A stretch of 52,245 nt of DNA, filler included, from Catajapyx aquilonaris (Eukaryota): the NCBI GenBank assembly GCA_000934665.2. It is 2 parts of 2 records of this genome, joined end to end, with 100 filler letters (N's around TTAATTAATTAA, not from the genome) between each part and the next. Parts side by side here need not be neighbours in the genome. Positions count along the whole stretch, not along the records: positions 26,690 to 52,245 come from JYFJ02005346.1; 1 more part is not named here. The stretch is one strand, 5' to 3'. Shown in pieces: positions 29,630-40,418 of the stretch; position 1 is the stretch's first letter, and every line of letters starts with the position of its first letter. The notes beneath the pieces are model-generated. The model ran no database searches and was not told where the DNA came from. It saw only the letters and a list, made by a program, of their open reading frames with translations. The position numbers and the translations under genes are program-made.

Positions 29630-31493
29630 TCAGTCTAACTTGAGCTTAAATCCAAGCATATTCATACTCTGGGCAGCCCAGATGACAAAAGACAGGAGAA
29701 AATAAAGCTGAAGTCCTGGAAAAACTATTCCTCGGCCAAATGGAGAATCCAATAGCCAGTGGGTTGACATCAGGTCACGCCATTGCCAGCTGAAGAATGC
29801 CAAAAACAGGAGACATCTGAAGGCCTCCAGAAGACATGCAAAAGGTCGACCTTCAAACAGCAGGCCGAAAATGGTCAGACTGTAGACTATGTAAAAGGTG
29901 TAGGTCAGCGCTGCTAGGGGTGACAGGTCCTGCAAAGAGTGGTCAGTGTAACTACCCACGGGTCACCTCCACTGCGGCTATTCTTACCAGAAAGGATGTG
30001 GCCCCGACTTGGAAACAGATGACATTGAGGCCGTAGTGGAGGAGGAGGTACGTGTTGACCCAGATTGGTAAAACCACGTCCCATTTCTCTCTACTTGTGA
30101 TCTGTCAAAAAAAAAAGTAGCTATTATTATTCTAGGCGCGGGTGAAAGTTTGTCGTGTCCGGAGAATTATTTTTTCAAGCTCAAGCTAGGTCAGCAAGAT
30201 GGGGGTAAATGAAATTACTTTGGGAATGTCGGCTGGATCGCCCAAACGTGGTTTTCCGGGTGACCACCCAGGGCCTTTGATGAATGCAAATATGCGGTCC
30301 TTCCAGTTGGTCATGGCTTTACTCTTCTCCCAAATTCGTTTGGCGTAAAATATTTGGGCCCAAAGAGGGTTGAAGGTAGACTCCCTGTCAAGTAGTCCGT
30401 ACACTAATGGTTCATCTGGTTTTTCAGCAGCAAAAGTGCCGAACATGCGGTCCCATACGATTAGAACACCGCCGTAGTTTTTGTCCAAAGCGTAGATGTT
30501 ACAACCTGTGGAATCCAAGAGCACGTGTGAAACAATGGCGCAACATGTCGTCACCTGGTGCCGTACCATGGTGTACTCGGTGATGACTCGGGGTGTTGAG
30601 CACCCATTCCAGAGGCCCCAAATCATCGACCAGTTCCGTGTGAATCCAGAACTGGTAGAGAAAGTTGAACTGGCGGTGCAGCAACCGCTGAGTTGGAGGC
30701 ATAAAGAAGGCCAGCGGCATGTAGCAAATCTGTAAGAAATGCCAAAGTCACGGCCAATACTGCATTGGTGTCAAAATCAAGGATAACTTGCCCATTCGTA
30801 AAATTGCTGCAGCGGCACTTGTCTCAACCCGTTGGTGAAGTTCATGTCTTCGGCACTGTGATGGTTTTGGTGGAATGCCCAAATGATAGCCACCTCTGCA
30901 AGAAGGTCATATACAGTTCATATTGAACCAGATGGATGATATAACACTTACCATGTTCCGCTCGATGAAACCAATAATAACAGAAGTCTACTCCTATGAA
31001 GGTGAGGTACCAGATGAATGGCGAGTCCCAAGGCAGGTCTACCAGGCGATAGTGCTCGTAGACATAAGCGTAGCCTATCATCTCGGTACCTCCCAAGATG
31101 AGCCGAAGCAGGAGGTCCATCAGACCACATGAGAGTGAAAGCGTTGCATCATTGAGCCGCGGCAATGGGATCTTCTGTCGACCCCGCCACCAATGTATCA
31201 CGGCTTCGATCAGGCCGAAGCAAAAAAAGTACGGCACTGCCTGCCAACACACAATCACACACATTACACCGTTGATGAACACTGTAGATCCGGAGTTTTA
31301 CCTTGATGAGGTAATCTGGAACCTGGTCCAGGTGTTCGTAGAGGAGCTCACGAGGGTCGGCAATGTAAAACATGCGTGCCACGCCCTTAGTGACTTCCAC
31401 AGTGATGTCCCGGACATGTCCAGTGTTGACGGTCAGGTTGACCGGATACTCCAGGGAAAGCAGCTCCCAGGAAGGTACCTGGTCATCGCCCAT
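29630..31493 (-). CDS. AGMO: Alkylglycerol monooxygenase paralogue 1, complete (~482 aa)
   Basis: Exons 31302-31493, 30952-31240, 30792-30895, 30567-30729, 30219-30505, 29988-30101, 29630-29929 (1449 nt, in frame). Motifs [63 protein letters not shown]. Hydrophobic C-terminus ends KLKLD (KxKxx ER-retrieval motif). Confidence 0.93.
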
Positions 31494-32055
31494 TCTTCCG
31501 GCTCCCTGTAAAGTAATGTTACATGGACACCTCCAGGCACCCCCTTCGTGGAGTGAAAGTGCTTCTTCACTATCACTCCAATAGTTTGTCAATGACGCGA
31601 ATCAACCTCAGCAGGACGTCTAGCCACCCTGGCGATATCAAATATGGCGAAACTTATCTCCACAGTAAACAACGCGGCGTATATTTTATTTGGATAAGAA
31701 AATCGAGGCCATGGCCAACATTGGGCAGCTAATAATAGAAGCTGGTGGGATTGGCAAATTATAATTCCCAGCATGGGGTCTTTGAAAACGTGGACAGGTG
31801 AAACTTTGTGCACCCGAGCATCGCCCTTCCAAGGCCGACACACTTGCACAGAACTTGCATAACGCAATACATATATCAAAGTCACCGGATATGACCCAGG
31901 GGGAAAAAAAAGTAATGACCAAGTGTCACCATGCATTAAAAATTTCTTTCCTTTACCACCAACTTCCATCCCATAGCCTACATTCCTCTGAAACTGCTGA
32001 CACGAAACAGTCACACCCTGCAAGCTTCGACCGGTTATACGTTCAGTTCCGCCTA

Positions 32056-32164
32056 TTTTTTTTTTAAAGTACCGGACACAACCCGAGACAAATCCTCAAC
32101 CGGGATTCGAACCCGGGACCACCACCCGTACAGGGCAGCCGCTCTACCACTGAGCTATCGAGGC
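32056..32164 (-). mobile_element. Short tRNA-like element (tRNA pseudogene or SINE) with A-tail
   Basis: GCCTCGATAGCTCAGTGGTAGAGC...CCGGGTTCGAATCCCGGTTGAGGA (32093-32164) folds as an imperfect cloverleaf with loop CTGTACG. It is followed by ~27 nt and an oligo-A tail. Confidence 0.65.
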
Positions 32165-35100
32165 ACAGTCTCCAATAATCCGGCACACTACACCCGGTAC
32201 TCACGCTCACTTCATGGACGTACGGAGCGATGTCCCCCTGTCTGGGGTCCTGAACCTACTGTTCACTACTGACCCACAAACTGAGAGAAAGGAAGGAAAC
32301 CCGACACAGCTGGGGACAAAAAAGAAAAGACTGGATGTGACGTTATCCTCGTGGCTGCTGCCCGCCCACTGCCATCTTCCAAGCTTCTTCGGACCGGTCC
32401 AGAACCGGGTCAAACGCTCCTCTGCGTCCATCAACCTCTTTCTCCAGATAAAACCCCCCCCCTAACCCCCCCCCCCCTTTCCTTCTACACCTGTCTCGGC
32501 ACATGCACTCACCAACAGGAAGCGCTGAATGTAACACCGTTTCACAAGGCTGGTCTTAGCACATATGATTCATTACCAGCAGGACCGATATGCGACACAA
32601 CGGACATCCTTTTCTCATGGGTTACACGCTGGGGGTATTGGAGGATGGGTATTTTTGGTGATTGGGTATGACACCGATTTCTCCATATCACTCTGGAGAA
32701 AATGAGGGTTACGTCAACGGTCCTTTCACCGTACTGAAATTTTTTGATCTGTGAAGTGAGGTTGGAATGTACCAACAATGGTGTAATTAAATCTGGTCCT
32801 ATATTAGGTCTGGCTATCCTAAATAATTGTGGTCAATGTGATTCTGGGTGCTTCCCAACACTCGTTATTTTGCAACGGCACTTGCAGGCTGATATTTGTT
32901 TTAACCTTTCGAGTGAAAGTTTTCCGGGCTAATGGCGGTAAACATTGGTGCAAATGGTAGTGACTGGTTGTCCCGACTACTGCCTAGACTGGTCCTTACG
33001 ACATATTTTTTTTTTGCGATGCAACCGTATTTTTCTGTTCCACTGGTTGTTGCGGCGAAATAATTCCGGCTGGTACTGTAGCAATATGGTGTAATCATAC
33101 CAGATTACTTGTAGTGCACACACTTAAATATACCATTTTATTATTGTATTGTTTAACTATTAATTTCACGGAATGACTGTCCACCAAAATGTACATAATA
33201 ATAATACACCGTATGTGATTTTATCATCTGAGAGGAGATATAGGCCTACAGCATGACATGACGACCTAGCAGGACATTTCTCCAGAGTTGTATTATTTTA
33301 TCTGAGTAAGTTCCATGACCGTATAATAGAATGCCGCCTTATTTATTTCCAGTTGGACATTGTCCTTTATGAAGAAAGTGACCCACAAACCAAACAAATG
33401 TGGTAATTATTATCACAGTTATTTTAATATTTAATAGACATCTGCTCAGTTGGGTAATGTTTACGTATCTAGGACATAGGCTCTGTGAGAAAGTCTTCTG
33501 TAAAAGCAGTATAACAAAGGGCAATGACAACTGAAATGATTAGTGAAAAAATTCCTTAATTAATTGCATTTCTACAGTGTGAATGTGGCTATTCCACAAA
33601 ATTGTACTAAGGGAAAGTGAAGATTTCAAAGTTACTTATAGTGCTTATTATTTTAATAACACTGTACACTGCCCTATTGTACAATGTAAATGCTAAGAGC
33701 TAGACCCATACGCAGTGGACCCATTTTGCTTAATGAAGTGAAAGAAATACGAGTTAACGTTATTGTAAAATTAATGCATATTTTAAATTTTTAAATATGT
33801 TAATATAATAAATCGTAGCTGAACTGGGTACAGAATAAATGGTTCACTACGTTCCGTATGCACAATTTAAACGATTTAAATATGTACAGTCCTGATATTG
33901 TCAGCTGTGAAAATATAGCCACATCAAATGTAAATAGGCCACTTGTTGGATACATGTTTTAGGGCGGGGCCCACCAAACTCAGCACAAATCGAAAATCGA
34001 GGGCTTATGTTTGTTATTAACTTGTTGACAACAAATCAACCAACAATTAACAGCATGTAAAACCAGCCCTCGTATAGTGACTAATGCAAATGTTCCTACT
34101 GTATAATTCGCAGTGTATAGTATTTTACTATAGTTACAACCAGTCTTAAAAGTAAAAACTGTGAATATGAATACGTATGTCAACCATTGGTTTTCAACTG
34201 GTAGGCCCTATATAATGGCTAGGATATTAGTCTGGCAATAATGCTAATTATCAATATGGGCTGTTATTATCTGGTCCATTATTCTCCCGCCAGAAAGTAG
34301 AAACTGGTATGTCGGGTACATGAGTGTATTCAATTAGAGGAGAGTTTCATGATGTTATTAGGTGTCCATAAAAATGGTAACACTACTCACTATTGTTCCG
34401 GCAAAGATTTTAGAAAGCAAAAGGGGTTCCGCGGCAATTAAAAAGGTTGAAGACCTCTGCCGTAGATCAAGTGACGCATTTTTACAGAAACAATGTACCA
34501 ATATTCCAATAATTTTTATTATTATTATGGGATGTCAAGGAGAGTCACAAATTTGAGTGGCTACAACATGTGCATATAAATGAATGTCCCTATGCACAAA
34601 ACTTTGCCTCATGCTTTTCACACAATTTCCTGCAATAATTAGACAAGTGTTGTCAATTTTTCCTGAAGGCTACAACAGCTTGCGAATATAAGTCCTGTCC
34701 ATGGGCTGACACTTAGCAATGAATTACTACTGCCCATCTTCAGAAAATGTTATTAGTAAGTATGGGCCAAAATTCATATCTGAGTTTGCAAAATGCTTAC
34801 AATATTGTTGATAATTCTCAACACGCACAATGAAGAATGGAAGGTGTCACAAAACAACGTAATCATACAGTACACAGTATGAGTCCCCATTCAGCCAATC
34901 CCGAATCTGATCGAATGTCCGCTTTCATCTCAATATCTTGCAAAATTGCTGTCATGCGTGACCTATTTATCAGATAAATTGTACACACCTCTTAGGACTC
35001 AGGTGATGTATCGTTACCAACGGAATCGAGCAGGATGCCGCAACAGTCCAACTCTCACGACCAACCGAAGACACCGTGCTGTTTCAACGCCCCACCAAAC

Positions 35101-37476
35101 AATGCGCATAGCAAGTTTAGCAACCTACTTATATCATGAACGTATGACCTTAATGACTCTGAGACTCTCCACTAAATCGAGTCATGGGACCCATCCTATA
35201 AGACCGTACCTTGAGAGTAGTTGTTGCAATGTCCTCAAGATCGAATGGGGAAAAGGGTAGACCGTGTGCTAGTACTGCACTTGTCTTCCTTCAACTCGTC
35301 ATTGGTCTCTTCTGGAGGTGCACTGTGGGCGCCCAGAAGGACGATTTATGATAACAAACATGGTATGACATGGCCAATGTTGATGAGCTCAAACAACCTT
35401 GCGTGAAGGATTGCCTCAAGTGTTGTCATTCTTTGCGACCCTGATAAAAGAGTGATAGCTCTCCGGTGAAACGGTCCTATTCATAACTCGACTTTCGATC
35501 TCTGTTGGCATCACGATGACATGATGGCTCCGTCGATGTTCCCTCCCGCCGAAGAAAGTGGTGTATATCTTTGTTGTAGAAAGTTGACGAACAATGCGTA
35601 TCACATTTTTGCGGACAGAAGTCACCGTAAGGAATCTGCATGCGAAAGTTGCATTTTTGGCCTTTCTTTGCATGTGAAGGGGTTCTTGTGAGACACATGG
35701 TATCTATACAGTCATATTGAGTAGCGTTACTGGGTTGTGTAACAATGTTCATGTGATGGTTGGTCGTGACGGAAGTACTGTGGGTTTGAACCGGTTTGAC
35801 CGCACAACTTGCTAGATAACTATGTAGCAAAACATTTTTGCGAAACTCTGGCCAGACATGTCCTGAAGCAAGTGAACCTGCTCATATAGTATTGTAGTTG
35901 TACAGCCTTTAAAACGGGTAGTTGTAGTTTTAGCCAGTGATATATTGCCATCAGAAGGAGAAGGGACTTGCTGTATATGGAAGGTAACTGACACCTGAAG
36001 TAATTACAGTACAACGTATCTAAAATAGTTGCACCATGGGTAAGTTACCGGTACCTCAGTTTCCAGTCTTTCATACTGAATAAATTGACAACATTGTACT
36101 CAACACTGATTCTTGTCCTTCTTATATGATTAACCTCTATTTCGATTGAGGGAGTGCTGACAGCACTTACCTTCTGTGAACCAGAACCATTCGGTGTAAG
36201 CACTGGGAAGATATCCAAGAGGTCACCGGTCACCATATTATTCACACCCTACCATCCGTGTGGCGCGGTAGGTACTCTTGAAATGGCTTCCCATGAGAAT
36301 TACACTTCACGGCAATTGTAGGCTATCATAATTATTAAGAGGCCTACTTCTCCCCCGCCCCCTTTTTAAGTCATGCACGCCAGCGAAGAGTGCGCTAACT
36401 GTGAAACTACTCGGGGGTGGAACTGCTAGTTGGAGAGAAAAAAACCCCCGACAAAACAACAATGCAGGCACCTTCTCTTACTCCGCCCTACACTTTGAAC
36501 AATTACCATAGGTGACGTGCATAACAAGCACTTCATGGTTTATGCGTGGATCAAAATCTGCGTGACTTTGATGCTGTATTTTTACACTTTTACTCCCTTT
36601 TCATTCACTTTTTACGTGACAATAAATCACAGCTATTAGTGTTCTATTTTCTAACCTATATGATTTTCTGCATAATAAATTTTTCGTGAATGCAAGGTCA
36701 TAGGGGAGTTGAGCCTTCAGATTAAGGTGGGAGGAGGCAAGTAATTGTTCCACACTTCTTTTCTGCTCATATTTGTCGACCATGAACGCGAAACCATTTT
36801 TGCCACAACAAAGGCCGAAAAAGTCAGCAGAATGCCTTGACATTGCCATGTCCGTGAGGACTTCATAAATGGCGCTCAGCAGGCCAACGACTCACTTTCA
36901 TTCGACCGACCTAGTACCAGACATGCAAGAAAATTACGGTACTTCATCTGCAATAAAACCACCAGTGCGTGATTACCCTCAGGGATAGAAAACCTTGAAT
37001 GGTGTTGCCCACTTAAACGCCACCAGTTGTTTTTTTTTACTTCCTTCCAATACACTACACAGACCTTTAAATATATCTCCCCCACAAAAAATGTCCAGAC
37101 CTTCGACTGGATATAACAAATGATAAGTCATGATGCATGACGTGATCTGAGCAGAGACATAATTATTCAGCACTTGACGTGAAAGCTGCAGCAATTATCT
37201 CCAACCCACTTATGCTTGGCTTGCTCCTTATGTAGCCGCTCCTGCTTCTTCTCCCAGCCATTTCCCTCTCCTCCGATTCGTCTTCAGATTACCTGTGATG
37301 TAATTTTAGATTACTAGCACGGGGATCAGGAAAGAGTCGAACGTAGTACTTAAAACGAGTCCTGTAATGAAGTCCGGGACGTTGTTTGCCTGATTCACTC
37401 GAGATTGTTGGGGGTATAAAAGAAGACTTGAATTTATGTGAGCAACACATATGTACTGCACATATATACAATTGCT

Positions 37477-37725
37477 CCAAATAGTGGCCAAGATGGTAAC
37501 GTCTCGGCTTGCTGAGTGAAAAATCCCAGGTTCGATCCCCTCCTGGGAGTTCCCTTCCACCTGCGTCGGGAGGGTCTCTGACCTGCACCTTGGAGGTGTC
37601 TGGAAACCTAACCTTCTGGGGGACTGCACATGCCCCTGCACCTGAACAAGTGTCGCCTCCCCAACAATCCCTATCCCTACCCCATTTCCCGAATTCCTTG
37701 CATGGTGACTGAAGAAGAAAAAAAT
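37477..37725 (+). mobile_element. Putative tRNA-derived SINE family C
   Basis: A-box TGGCCAAGATGG and B-box GGTTCGATCCC at tRNA-like spacing, GC-rich body, (GAA)n/A-rich tail. Single copy in the window. Confidence 0.55.
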
Positions 37726-38474
37726 GGAAAAATTATTATAAAATGGTGGTAATCCACCCCCCTATAAACCCTAATCGGGTTATCACGGGGTAATAGAAAA
37801 AAATGCAATTACTCCAAATAACCGTTATAAATATTACTCCGCATACAGGAGGGAAAATGCACTGTGGCGAAAGTATAGTTCCATATTTTGTCATCATCCA
37901 ACATGTGTCCTTTTGTAGGCTACCCATAGATTCGTAGTTAGATGTTTGCAATTTTTTCGCACAAAACTACTGTGAAGTGTTACACAACATGAGCAGGTTT
38001 AACTGACATCACATGAGTAGCGTGCTGCGTGAATGGCCTCTAAAGTCTTGGCCATAAATTTTGCAGTAAGGCAGGTCTTTGCCCTCTTTCTGATGTTATT
38101 ACGCAGATTTATGAGCGTAGTTAACGCTATTTTCACATTGCAAAACGTCTCTATGCAAGGGTTAGTCTACTGAATATGGAGAATTGTTGGTAGGCTGACA
38201 ACATCTATGCGCCGGTGCCATTTGTGTTTTGCTGAGAGTGATCAGAACTGGGTCGGAATCATTTGTTTGCATACATCTGCAGGCGGGTACTACAAGAAAT
38301 ATTTCAGTTACACCCTCATCCTGTTGACTTTATAAAAGTAAAGGTTGAGTAACAGTGAAACTCGGAGCATGTCTAGGCCTACTGAGCTGGATAATTAGGA
38401 GAAAACACCTGATACACTTGAATAGATTCATCATGACACAGCTAATAATCACCGTGAAAGCGAAAAATTCGAAT

Positions 38475-39513
38475 CGCCCAACGTGGGGCTCGAACCCTGA
38501 GATTAAGAGTCTCATGTAGGGCTGTGCGATATCCGAAATTACATAGCCTATCGACTTTCGATACTTAAAAAATATCGAATCGAAGTCGATATATCTAAAA
38601 TCGAAAAACCGACATCGAAAACCAACATCGAAAAATATCGAAAAATATCGAAAACCGACATCGAATCGACATCGAAAAAAAAAAAACGAAAACCGGCATC
38701 GAACCGACATCGAAAAAAAAAAAAAACGNCGAAAACCGGCATCGAACCGACATCGAAAAATATCGAACCGACATCGAAAAATATCGAAAACCGATATCCG
38801 AAATTACATATCGACTTTCGATACTTAAAAAATATCGAATCGAAGTCGATAAATCGAAAATCGAAAAACCGGCATCGAACCGACATCGAAAAAAACCGAA
38901 AACAGTTATCCGATATCGAAACCGATATCCGAAATTACATATCGACTTTCGATACTTAAAAAATATCGAATCGAAGTCGATATATCGAAAATCGAAAAAC
39001 CGACATCGAAAACCAACATCGAAAAATATCGAAAACCGACATCGAATCGACATCGAAAAATATCGAAAACCGATATCCGAAATTACATATCGACTTTCGA
39101 TACTTAAAAAAACATCGAATCGAAGTCGATAAATCGAAAATCGAAAAACAGACATCGAAAAATATCGAAAACCGACATCGAACCGACATCGAAAAAAACC
39201 GAAAACAGTTATCCGAAATTACATATCGACTTTCGATACTTAAAAATATCGAATCGAAGTCGATATATCGAAAATCGAGAAACCGACATCGAAAACCAAC
39301 ATCGAAAAATATCGAAAATATCGAAAACCGACATTGAACCGACATCGAAAAATATCGAGAACCGACATCGAAAAATCGCGATATTCGATACATCGAACAT
39401 GCCAAGCGTCGGATATCGCAACTTCGATATTAGGAAAATATCGTATCGACAGTCGACGTATCGAAATATCGCACAGCCCTAGTCTCATGCTCTACCGACT
39501 GAGCTAGCCGCGC
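38475..39513 (-). pseudogene. trnK-CTT: tRNA-Lys(CTT) pseudogene split by a MITE insertion
   Basis: 5' half GCGCGGCTAGCTCAGTCGGTAGAGCATGAGAC (39482-39513) and 3' half CATGAGACTCTTAATCTCAGGGTTCGAGCCCCACGTTGGGCG (38475-38516) match the conserved animal tRNA-Lys-CTT, apart from a 7-nt deletion and one acceptor-stem change. A Pol III T5 terminator lies at 38463-38467. Confidence 0.92.
38517..39481. mobile_element. hAT-type MITE (965 bp) with a TCGA-rich internal tandem array
   Basis: Perfect 16-bp TIRs TAGGGCTGTGCGATAT / ATATCGCACAGCCCTA and a perfect 8-bp TSD GTCTCATG (38509-38516, 39482-39489). Internal units begin ATCCGAAATTACATA. Confidence 0.95.
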
Positions 39514-39815
39514 TTGCCTTGTAAAAGCAGTAACCAACTATCTGCCAATTCATTCTCCAAATAATCCTCCACTTCCTCAACTAACTTTAGAACCTACCAA
39601 ACAGGACCCTGACCCATGTCCTGGCATGTCCTACAATAACAATAGCACTAACTGGCTAAAGTCAAGTAAACATATCCGAACCTTCAAGCGAAGGCTACTA
39701 GATACGCCACCCTGCAGGCATTATTTGCATCAGATCCGTCCTCGTTTCCCACAGGTTTCCCAGCACTTCCTTATGTATGTCACACCTCGTGTATCCAGTC
39801 AGCTGTTTCCCTCCT

Positions 39816-39869
39816 GGATCAGCTGACGACAGCCATGTTGGATTCAAAATGGCTGTCGTCAGCTGATCC
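39816..39869. promoter_or_regulatory. 54-bp palindrome with divergent YY1-like motifs upstream of EPG5 (candidate promoter element)
   Basis: GGATCAGCTGACGACAGCCAT-GTTGGATTCAAA-ATGGCTGTCGTCAGCTGATCC, with a CAAnATGGC motif on each strand. The palindrome is certain; a regulatory role is inferred. Confidence 0.5.
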
Positions 39870-39925
39870 CAGGCCGAACCCTTGGTATGGCGCGCATGGA
39901 TGTTGCGATCTGCGCGATATCATTA

Positions 39926-40378
39926 CAGTGTTACCAGATGTACCATAATTATGGTATTCATACCATAATTTCGGGTTCCGTACCATGTGCCATAATGGTA
40001 CGCAAAAAGTACCATTATTTTGTCAAGTCCAATGTTACTCTGTAATTCCACTTCCATGAAAAAAGTGATACCAATTTAACCACATATACACCTATTCAAA
40101 TCTCCCAGTAGGTTACATTCACCAAAACTTGTGTGACCTTGAACCAAAAAAAAATTTTCGCCTGCGGCGCGCTTTTCCCTCCCCGCCAGTACTTTACTAC
40201 TTTCCCCGGTTTCGACTACTTTATCATGTTTAACTTTTTAATTACGGCTATTTAAATTTAAATTGTCTTTAATTAACATTAATTACGCCATTTTTGAAAT
40301 GTACCATCTTTTCCGGAAAAGTACCATTTATTTCGAGGGTTGGTACCATTTACTCGATCTCACGATCTGGCAACTCTG
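39926..40378. mobile_element. hAT-type MITE immediately upstream of the EPG5 start codon
   Basis: TIRs CAGTGTTACCAGAT / ATCTGGCAACTCTG and a perfect 8-bp TSD TATCATTA (39918-39925, 40379-40386). Subterminal GTACCAT repeats. Confidence 0.9.
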
Positions 40379-40418
40379 TATCATTATGGTAAATGCGCGT
40401 GACCGTTAGTCTTTCAGC

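Noticed and set aside
38330..39488. Overlapping F/R/D/S-rich ORFs, and a superficial resemblance to a CRISPR array
   Set aside because: Products of the low-complexity MITE interior. There are no constant repeats with unique spacers, no cas genes, and the context is eukaryotic.
38475..39513. Idea that the MITE is a tRNA intron or that this is a functional split tRNA
   Set aside because: The insertion is not at the canonical 37/38 position, carries TIRs and an 8-bp TSD, and the tRNA has an additional 7-nt deletion affecting the variable loop and T-stem.
10438..39830. AGMO genes nested in a giant first intron of PPIP5K starting at the EPG5 promoter
   Set aside because: No linking exons could be shown. 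A candidate start exon near 12 kb and the apparent CpG boundary argue against it.
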